The notes beneath the pieces are model-generated. The model did no database searches. It was not told where the DNA came from and was given only the letters and a program-made list of their open reading frames with translations. This document shows, piece after piece, positions 19,701-26,087 of a DNA stretch of 64,000 nucleotides. The DNA lies in NCBI GenBank assembly GCA_963737445.1, contig CAVTSO010000019.1, positions 31,694-95,693 of the forward strand, written 5' to 3'. Every line of letters begins with the position of its first letter. Positions within the stretch are counted from its first letter, which is position 1. The position numbers and the translations under genes were made by a program. The stretch comes from an uncultured Actinomycetes bacterium. GTDB taxonomy: Bacteria > Actinomycetota > Thermoleophilia > Gaiellales > JAICJC01.

Positions 19701-20564
19701 TGATGCGCACGCCCATGGCGGTCGCGTACCGCAGCGCGGCCACCGCACCCGCCACGTCTCCGGTGCCGTCGGCGCCGATGAACTTGAGCGGCATCAGCTG
19801 CACGTTCCAGTCTACGCCGGTGACGCCGGTGCCGTTGTTGCCGACCGCGCCGATGGTGCCGGCAACGTGGGTGCCGTGCCCGTTGTCGTCGATCGGGTTG
19901 TTGTCGTTGTTGATGAAGTCCCAGCCGCGCCAGTCATCGACGTAGCCGTTGTGGTCGTTGTCGATGCCGTCGTTGCGGCAACCGGGCAGTTCTCGCCGGG
20001 GTTGGTCCACGTGTTCGCGGCCAGGTCGGGATGGGTGGCGTCGATGCCGGTGTCGATCACGCCCACTACCACCGACTTCTTGCCGGTGGTGACGCCCCAG
20101 GCCCGCTCCGCGCCGATGTCTGCGCCCGGCGTGCCGGCCGTGAAGTCCACGGTCTGGCCGGTGTTGTTGAGCCCCCACTCCTTCTTGAACTGAGGATCGT
20201 TCGGCACCGGGTTGGCGAACAGGTGGATCGTGCGGTCGGGTTCGACGTAGCTGACGTCGGCGTTGCCCTCGAGCAGCGACATGGCGCGCGCCGACGCGCG
20301 CGGCGCGACCGTGGCCAGCTGCACGCGGTTGCTGCCCAGATCGGTGCCGGTGCCGACTCCCGCCGCATCCAGCGCTTGCTGCCGGGCGCGGGCCGAGACG
20401 CCGCGACGGAAGCCCACGATCAGCTTGCCCGGTATCACCACCGACGCCTGAGGCACCGGTGCCACAGCGGCATGGCGCACGCCGGCCGTCGCCCGTCCAC
20501 CTGCGCCGGACACGACAACCGCGAGCACGACCACCGAAGCGGCCAGGCGAAGACCCCGAGCCAT
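16771..20564 (-). pseudogene. secreted S8 (subtilisin) family peptidase, ~1265 codons, frame broken by a 1-nt shift near 19981-20001 as assembled
   Basis: One frame (ORF 19812..20564): signal peptide MARGLRLAASVVVLAVVV, I9-like propeptide, Asp box VGVIDTGID, ..WTNPGE. Other frame (ORF 16771..20700): ..LPGCRNDGIDNDHNGYVDD, His box HGTHVAGT, NNSWG, Ser box GTSMASPHVAGAAAL. The length 3794 nt is not a multiple of 3. TAGCGT hexamer 6 nt upstream of ATG 20564. Confidence 0.8.
16774..18948 (-). repeat. seven tandem ~99-106-codon modules (PPC/pre-peptidase-C-terminal-like) forming the C-terminal half of the S8 peptidase
   Basis: Each module has ..PGG.P.T.T...PGQNA...F.G.AG.RVS........PDG......G..F.D...LP..GTYTI..DP.....G......Y[DN]VP.D; approximate boundaries 16774, 17071, 17380, 17695, 18001, 18319, 18637, 18948. 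Confidence 0.75.
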
Positions 20565-20570
20565 GCTCCC

Positions 20571-20576
20571 ACGCTA
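20571..20576 (-). promoter_or_regulatory. candidate -10 hexamer TAGCGT (leaderless S8 peptidase mRNA)
   Basis: TANNNT hexamer 6 nt upstream of ATG 20564; the string tagcgtgggagcATG is nearly identical to the one upstream of the TadE operon (62303-62315). Confidence 0.4.
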
Positions 20577-20671
20577 CATGTGCAACACAAGTGTGGCAAT
20601 CCTCACATGGGGGATCGTCCGGGCCACTCGATCGGTTGAGTTCGGTGACTACCGGGTACTCCGATCTGGTG

Positions 20672-21280
20672 ATGGTGAACGATCTCGAACAGCGGCACAC
20701 TGGCGCCTCGATGAGGCTCCAGGATCAACGCTCCGCCGGCGACCCGGCAACCGTCGCCGCCGCCGTACGCGACGCCGCGCTCGTGTTGGTCGCCGTTCAG
20801 CAGGTCGACCAGCGGGTGGCGCTCGACCGCGAGCGGCCGGGTCCGACCCCGTCCGAGGTGGCGGAGCTACGCGACGCAGCCCGGGCTGCCGGCGCGCGCC
20901 TGGCGGGCCTCATCGACGGCGGCTCAGCCGTGCTGCTCGAGTATCTGCGGGCAAGCCGGGCTCACCTGGCCGGCCAGGAGGGGGCACGGGACGCCATCCA
21001 CGTCGCCACCCACGAGCTCTGGAACTGCTTCGAGCGGCCGATCGCGGCCCTGGTCGGGTTCTGCGCGAACGCGGACGTCGACCTCACGCGCTCGCTGGAC
21101 GCACCGGGGCGGATCACGCTCTGCTCCACCGACGACTTCATCGTCTGCTGCTGCCGCCTGGCTGAGCAGGGCGCGTATGCCGCCTGGCCGTCGGTGGCGA
21201 TGGCGCTGCGTCACACCATGCAGCTGATGGTCAGCACGCACGCGGCCATGGACGCGGCGTACCCCGACGCTGCCGTCTGA
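20672..21280 (+). CDS. hypothetical protein
   Basis: 202 codons from ATG 20672 (in-frame GTG/TTG further upstream and ATG 20711 are also possible); GC3-rich, Cys cluster FIVCCCRL; no family recognised. Confidence 0.5.
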   Translation: MVNDLEQRHTGASMRLQDQRSAGDPATVAAAVRDAALVLVAVQQVDQRVALDRERPGPTPSEVAELRDAARAAGARLAGLIDGGSAVLLEYLRASRAHLAGQEGARDAIHVATHELWNCFERPIAALVGFCANADVDLTRSLDAPGRITLCSTDDFIVCCCRLAEQGAYAAWPSVAMALRHTMQLMVSTHAAMDAAYPDAAV

Positions 21281-21288
21281 CCGTTCGG

Positions 21289-21582
21289 CTACGAGCTGGG
21301 CGGCGGCGCCGGCTCGGTCACGGTCACGGTGTTGGTGATAGTGCTGGGCGGCGAGGTCTCGGTCTGGGTGATCGTCTGCGTGCCGCCGGTGATGACCGTC
21401 GTATACCCTCCGCCGTTGCTGTTGCCCGCGGCGAGCACGCCGACCAGCACGCCGATCACCAGGGCGGCCACCATCCCTGCCACCGCCAGCGCGATCCGCT
21501 GGGGCGTCCAACCGTCGTTCGACGGTGGCGAGGGCGACGGAGGCCCGGGCTGCGGTGGGGGCGGCGGCGGCTGGTAGGTCAT
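21289..21582 (-). CDS. proline-rich single-pass membrane protein, hypothetical
   Basis: 97 aa: MTYQPPPPPPQPGPPSPSPP.., TM IALAVAGMVAALVIGVLVGVLAA, Thr-rich tail; TACCAT hexamer 8 nt upstream. Confidence 0.6.
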   Translation of the reverse strand: MTYQPPPPPPQPGPPSPSPPSNDGWTPQRIALAVAGMVAALVIGVLVGVLAAGNSNGGGYTTVITGGTQTITQTETSPPSTITNTVTVTEPAPPPSS

Positions 21583-21623
21583 GCCGTTCGATGGTATCCG
21601 GGTTCTGTGGTAGATCCCGGTGC

Positions 21624-22924
21624 TCAGCCGTGTGTGCGGCGAGCGGCGCGGGCCAGCTCGGCGTAGCGGGCCAGGGCCTGATCGGCCTCGCCGGCGTCGC
21701 GGTCGCGCAGCGCGGCGCGCACGGCCCTGCCGGCCGTGTCGACGTGCACGGTGGCCAGGTTCAGCCGCCGCTGCACCGGCCCCTGGACGCGCCGCAGGCT
21801 CTGCACCTTCTCCAGCGGCACCCAGCAGGTGACGCGCCGCACGCGGCCGCTGGTCGTGACCACGCAGGTGTCCGTGCCGCCCCAGCCCAGCATGCGGTAG
21901 CGAAGCGGGCTCTTGAACCGGACGCGACGGGGCGGCTGCGACTGGCGCTGCGGTCGATCGGGCACGATCCGGTCGAGCACCTGCTCAACGAGGGGCCGGC
22001 GGCCGACCGGCAGCACGACGCGCAGCTGGCGCCGCTGCGCGGTGCCGTCACCGTCCGACGGCTGGCGACCGCCGGCCAGGTCGACCTGGAGCCGGCACCA
22101 CCCGAACGGCCGCCACAGCAGCGGCTCCACCATCCGCACGGCCTGCACGCGACCGGGCCGGATCGTCTCAGACGTGAGCGATACCAGCCCGCCGCTCAGC
22201 CGCAGCCCGTCGGGCGCATCGGCGACGGTCAGCCGGTACTCCAGGTTGAACCGCCGCCAGGTGACGGTGATGACGCCCAGCAGCCAGACCAGGCCGCCCC
22301 CGCTGATCACGGCGGAGGCGACCTCGGGGCAAGCAGCGCCGTCACGACCAATGCCGCCAGCACCGCCTCGGCGTAGAAGCCGACGTCGCTGATCAGGATC
22401 GACGCGATCAGCCGGGTGGTGGGAACGGTCGTCAGGACGTGCTCGTCGGCCGTCACGGTCGCCGGCGTTGCCTGGTCGGGCGGCGCGCGGTGCGCGAGGG
22501 CCAGCAGCTGGTCGCGGAGTTGCTCGACCTCGCCGGCCGCCACGTACGACAGCCGGGCGGCGCCACCGGAGGAGCCACCCATCCGCAGCCGCAGCTCGGC
22601 GGCGCCCAGCAGCCGTCCCAGCCCCGGGCGCAGGATGTCGATCGCCTGCACCTGCGACAGCGGGAACCGCAGCGACCGACGCCGGAGCACGCCGGTCTCG
22701 ATCCGCAGGTCGTCGCCGTCGATCGTCCAGCGGGTGACGAACCAGGAGACGAACCCGAGCAGGGTGATCAGGGCGATCACGCTCAGCGGGACGAGGTCGC
22801 CGGCCGAGATGCCGCCGCGCAGCAGCGCCGGCACCAGCAGGATCACGATGCCGATGGTGCCGCGCCCGCCGCGCACGATCGGGGACAGCGGATACAGCCG
22901 CCGCCATACGCCCGGCTCGCTCAT
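21624..22924 (-). pseudogene. YdbT-like membrane protein with repeated bacterial PH (bPH_2) domains, frame broken by a 1-nt shift at 22321-22335 as assembled
   Basis: ORF 22307..22924 (MSEPGVWRRLYPLSPIV..TRWTIDGDDLRIETGVLRRRSLRFPLSQVQAIDI..) continues in the other frame as PEVASAVISGGGLVWLLGVITVTWRRFNLEYRL...NLATVHVDTAG; one extra C in the CCCC run (GGGG at 22326-22329) joins them as LLAPEVAS; the length 1301 nt is not a multiple of 3. Confidence 0.75.
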
Positions 22925-23757
22925 ATCCCGGCCGCCTGTGCCTCCCCCAGTTCGGCCAGCCGGTCGCGCAGGCGCGCCGCCTCCTCGCGCTCAAGCCCGG
23001 GGATGCGCGCATCGCTGGCGGCGGCTGCCGTGTGCATCTTGACGGTGGCGAGCCGGAACGACCGCTCCAGTGGGCCGGCAGTGACGTCGACGAACTGCAT
23101 GCGGCCGTAGGGCACGACCGACAGCCGCGAGAACAGCACGCCGCGCCGCACCAGCAGGTCGTCCTCGCGCTCGGCATATCCCCACGACGCGAAGCGGCGC
23201 CTCACGCCCCGCTCCGCGGCCAGGCCCGCGATCACCGCCGCCACGGCGGCGCCGCTGCCCAGCAAGGCGGAAAAGTAGAGCCAGCCGAGGACGAGGGCGG
23301 CGATCGCAGCGACCGCCGTCAGGCCCGCCACTTCGAGCCGGCGCAGCACGAGCAGCCGCGCCGACGGCGTTCGCCAGTGCAGGTCCGTGCGCACGCTCAA
23401 CTCTGGCCCAAGGGCCGCTACGCCTCGACGGCCGTGCGACTTGCGTCCGGCCAGGACCAGCACCAGCACGGCAGCCACGATCACCGCGGTCAGGAACTGG
23501 CCGAACCAGCCGACGTCGAGCACGTCGTTCGCGATGATGCCGCCAAGCAGCGCTCCGACGATGCCGATCAGGATGGTGCTCAGCACACTCAGGCTGCGGT
23601 TGCCGGAAACGACCGCCCGGCCCAGGCTGCCGATCACCAGGCCGACGACGGCGTACCAGATCAGCGACCAGGCCACCGAGAGCGCGAACCCGAGCAGGCC
23701 GAAGCCGAACGCCATCATCAGCACGACCAGCACCAGCAGGATCAGAACCACGGACAC
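22921..23757 (-). CDS. apparent fusion of a GlsB/YeaQ/YmgE-type small membrane domain (N-terminal) with a YdbS-like bPH_2 domain protein (C-terminal)
   Basis: Residues 1-110: LIWYAVVGLVIGSLGR..ILIGIVGALLGGIIA..VIVAAVLVLVLAGRKSHGRRG (transglycosylase-associated family pattern). The remainder: two TM segments plus VRRGVLFSRLSVVPYGRMQFVDVTAGPLERSFRLATVKMHTAA (YdbS pattern). No in-frame stop lies between them. GTG 23757 has a TACACT hexamer 6 nt upstream. The stop overlaps the YdbT-like start. Confidence 0.65.
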   Translation of the reverse strand: MSVVLILLVLVVLMMAFGFGLLGFALSVAWSLIWYAVVGLVIGSLGRAVVSGNRSLSVLSTILIGIVGALLGGIIANDVLDVGWFGQFLTAVIVAAVLVLVLAGRKSHGRRGVAALGPELSVRTDLHWRTPSARLLVLRRLEVAGLTAVAAIAALVLGWLYFSALLGSGAAVAAVIAGLAAERGVRRRFASWGYAEREDDLLVRRGVLFSRLSVVPYGRMQFVDVTAGPLERSFRLATVKMHTAAAASDARIPGLEREEAARLRDRLAELGEAQAAGI

Positions 23758-23763
23758 GCCTGC

Positions 23764-23769
23764 AGTGTA
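23764..23769 (-). promoter_or_regulatory. candidate -10 hexamer TACACT (leaderless GlsB-YdbS-YdbT transcript)
   Basis: TANNNT hexamer 6 nt upstream of GTG 23757. Confidence 0.35.
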
Positions 23770-23812
23770 GATCAGCGCTCCACGATTTGCGCCTCGCGTT
23801 GCGAGCAGCAAT

Positions 23813-23831
23813 CTACTCGATTTTCGAGTAG
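23813..23831. promoter_or_regulatory. perfect 19-bp palindrome, candidate operator in the divergent GlsB-YdbS / ATPase promoter region
   Basis: CTACTCGA-ttt-TCGAGTAG (8-bp arms); a third half-site-like gcGAGTAG lies at 23847-23854; it sits where the -35 of the TAGGCT (23852-23857) promoter would be. Confidence 0.45.
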
Positions 23832-23865
23832 AAACCTCCTCGGATCGCGAGTAGGCTGCGAACGG

Positions 23866-25005
23866 ATGAACCCGTTCCCCTACCAGCGGCCGATCCTCCC
23901 CGAGCAGGTCATCGACCGCGACCTCGAGGTGCAGAAGCTGCTGTCCTGGTGCGACTCGGCCATGCTCGTGCGGCTGGACGCGCCCCGGCGCTACGGCAAG
24001 ACCAGCCTCGTTCGCAAGGTGTTCCACGAGGCCGGCAAACACGGCACCGTCGGCGTGCTCTGCGACCTGAAGGGCGTGCTCACCCTGTCCGACGTGATCA
24101 CCAGGCTGGGCCGCTCCTACGCGCAGCTGCGCGGCCCGCTCGAGAAGATGCTGCGCCCCGTGCTGACGTCGATCGAGCTCGAGTTCAACGTCAGCTTCAT
24201 GGGCGCCGGCGCGGGCGCGAAGCTGGGCGCGAGACCGGGCAACGACGAGGCTGCGCTGTTCGCGCTGCTCGACCTGCCGCAGCGATTCGCCGGGAAGGGC
24301 TGGCAGGCGGTGATCGTCTGCTTCGACGAGTTCCAGGACGTGCTGGCCGTGCCCGCGGCGGACGACAAGCTACGGTCGGCGATCCAGCACCACTCGGACG
24401 GCTGCGCCTACATCTTCGCCGGCTCGGAGCCACGGCTGATGAACGCGCTCTTCTCCGACAAGCGGCGCGCGTTCTGGAACCAGGCCGAGCCGCTCGAGCT
24501 GGGGCCGCTGGCCCCTGCCGACGTGGCCACATACGTGACCGCGCAGTTCGCCGCGGACGGCAGGGACGTCGGCCCGGTGCTGCGGATCGTGCTGTCGACG
24601 GCCCAGGGCCACCCGCAGCGCACGATGTTCCTCTGCTCCAAGCTGTGGGAGCGGTCGCAGCCGGGCGAGCCGGTGACGATCGAGGCCTGGCAGGCGGCGC
24701 TCGATGCCGCGAAGCTCCAGGAGGAGCACGCGCTCGACGCCGAGTGGCGGAACCTGAGCGGCTCGGCCCAGCGGGTGCTGCGCGCGGTCACGCTGAACGG
24801 CGGCCGGCCCTTCCAGAAGCAGGCGGCCGAGGCGGTCGGCGTGCCGATCGGGAGCGTCGACCGGGTCAGCGACGCGCTGGTCGGCGCCTACATCCTGCGG
24901 CAGACCGGCAAGGGCGAGTTCGCGTTCATCGACCCGATGCTCGAGCTGTACGTCCGCGACCTGGCCGGGTCGTCGCTTCCCGAGTCCGAGCACGACGACA
25001 GCTAA
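23866..25005 (+). CDS. ATP-binding protein, Arch_ATPase (PF01637-like) AAA+ domain with a DUF234-like winged-helix C-terminus
   Basis: 379 aa; VIDRDLEVQKLLSW...LDAPRRYGKTSLV (Walker A), VIVCFDEFQ (Walker B), C-terminal LRAVTLNGGRPFQ..IGSVDRVSDALVGAYIL; TAGGCT hexamer 8 nt upstream of the ATG. Confidence 0.75.
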   Translation: MNPFPYQRPILPEQVIDRDLEVQKLLSWCDSAMLVRLDAPRRYGKTSLVRKVFHEAGKHGTVGVLCDLKGVLTLSDVITRLGRSYAQLRGPLEKMLRPVLTSIELEFNVSFMGAGAGAKLGARPGNDEAALFALLDLPQRFAGKGWQAVIVCFDEFQDVLAVPAADDKLRSAIQHHSDGCAYIFAGSEPRLMNALFSDKRRAFWNQAEPLELGPLAPADVATYVTAQFAADGRDVGPVLRIVLSTAQGHPQRTMFLCSKLWERSQPGEPVTIEAWQAALDAAKLQEEHALDAEWRNLSGSAQRVLRAVTLNGGRPFQKQAAEAVGVPIGSVDRVSDALVGAYILRQTGKGEFAFIDPMLELYVRDLAGSSLPESEHDDS

Positions 25006-25011
25006 CCGTGC

Positions 25012-25200
25012 CTACCGGCCGTCGTGGCGCCGTCCGGCGACCGCTTCCACCGTCTGGCGCGACAGCCCGGTGACGCGGCAGACCTCGTCGTCGGGCCACC
25101 CCGCGCGGCGCGCCTCGTCGATGGCGATCTCGAAGGCGCGACGGGTGGTGACGAAGTTCAGCGAGGTGGCGATCAGCTGGGTGGCGAGGTGCTCCGGCAC
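25012..25200 (-). CDS. small (62 aa) helix-turn-helix protein, sigma-70 region-4-like, predicted SOS-regulated
   Basis: GTG start, very high GC3; C-terminal HTH GWPDDEVCRVTGLSRQTVEAV; perfect LexA-type box 20 nt upstream. Confidence 0.6.
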   Translation of the reverse strand: MPEHLATQLIATSLNFVTTRRAFEIAIDEARRAGWPDDEVCRVTGLSRQTVEAVAGRRHDGR

Positions 25201-25219
25201 GGGCCGGATACTGGCACAC

Positions 25220-25233
25220 CGAACATATGTTCG
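25220..25233. promoter_or_regulatory. LexA (SOS / Cheo) box, perfect 14-bp palindrome
   Basis: CGAACATATGTTCG fits the Gram-positive/actinobacterial consensus CGAAC-N4-GTTCG; it lies in the 33-nt spacer between the methyltransferase stop (25234) and the small HTH gene start (25200). Confidence 0.65.
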
Positions 25234-25977
25234 TCAAGTACCCCTCTGCCAGACCGAGATGTGCTTGCGGCTCTCGCTCGTGAACGGCTCGCGGTTCCAG
25301 CCGCTCCAGCGCTCGCCCAGCGTCATCCCGGCCAGCCTCGCCATCAGGTCGAGCTCGGCCGGCCAGACGTAGCGAAACGGCACCGACAGGCCGCGGAACC
25401 GGTCGCCCTCCATCCAGTAGTGGTGCGAGACCAGCCCCTGGCTGGCGATGTCGTACTCGTCGAAGCCGAGCCGCGTGGGTGTGACCGTGAACGGGCGCAC
25501 CGTCTCGCCCGGAGGCAGCCGCTGGAGCTGAGGGACGCCGACCTCGACCACGAAGCATCCGCCCGGCCGGAGGTGCGCGGCGGCGTTCTGGAAGCAGGCC
25601 ACCTGATCGTCCTGGGTGGTCAGGTTGTTGATCGTGTTGTAGACCAGGTAGGCGAGCGTGAACTCGCCCGGCACCCTGGTGGTGGCGAAGTCGCCGAGGG
25701 TGACCTGGATCTGGTCGGCGCCCGGCTTCGCTCGCAGCTGCTCCACCATCTCGCTCGAGAGGTCGATGCCACACACGGTGACGCCGCGCCGGGAGAGCGG
25801 CAGCGCGACCCGGCCGGTGCCGATGCCGAGCTCCAGCGCGGTGCCGTCTCCGGCCAGACCGACCAGGAAGTCGACGGTGGGCTCGATCACGGCCGGGTCG
25901 AACATCTCGGAGCTGCTGTCGTCGTAGCGCTCGGCCACTCCCGCACCGAAGTAGTTCTTGCGCTGCTGACCGCCCAT
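25234..25977 (-). CDS. class I SAM-dependent methyltransferase (small-molecule type)
   Basis: Motif I ALELGIGTGRVALPL, GIDLS, post-I/II pattern, LRPGGCFVVE; ATG 25977 chosen because a TACTGT hexamer lies 7 nt upstream (GTG 25986 is the alternative). Confidence 0.8.
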   Translation of the reverse strand: MGGQQRKNYFGAGVAERYDDSSSEMFDPAVIEPTVDFLVGLAGDGTALELGIGTGRVALPLSRRGVTVCGIDLSSEMVEQLRAKPGADQIQVTLGDFATTRVPGEFTLAYLVYNTINNLTTQDDQVACFQNAAAHLRPGGCFVVEVGVPQLQRLPPGETVRPFTVTPTRLGFDEYDIASQGLVSHHYWMEGDRFRGLSVPFRYVWPAELDLMARLAGMTLGERWSGWNREPFTSESRKHISVWQRGT

Positions 25978-26087
25978 GCCCGGCACAGTACCGCGGCCTG
26001 CCTGCGGCGCGGCTTGTCACCATCCGCACGATGGGATAGGGTCGCCACGCGCGTTACCGTTTCTGCTCCCACACGAAGGAACGTCCC

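Noticed and set aside
20577-20609. Inverted hexamers catgtg ... cacatg in the S8 peptidase / hypothetical gene spacer as an operator
   Set aside because: The arms are 6 bp with a 21-nt gap, which is expected by chance in a lower-GC spacer. There is no supporting repeat elsewhere in the window.
19981-22335. Programmed -1 ribosomal frameshifting as the explanation for the S8 peptidase and YdbT-like frame breaks
   Set aside because: There is no X XXY YYZ slippery heptamer or obvious downstream pseudoknot at either junction. Neither protein family is known to use recoding. A single-base indel in a G/C run is simpler.
25201-25236. The small HTH ORF as a read-through C-terminal extension of the methyltransferase (same frame, 11 codons after its TGA)
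   Set aside because: The spacer is occupied by a perfect SOS-box palindrome typical of a promoter or operator, the methyltransferase ends at a normal position, and sharing a frame is a 1-in-3 coincidence.
23866-25986. ATPase + methyltransferase + small HTH as a restriction-modification or other defence module
   Set aside because: The methyltransferase has small-molecule class I motifs and none of the DNA methyltransferase motifs (DPPY/NPPY, target-recognition domain). No nuclease or other effector is present, and the genes are on opposing strands.
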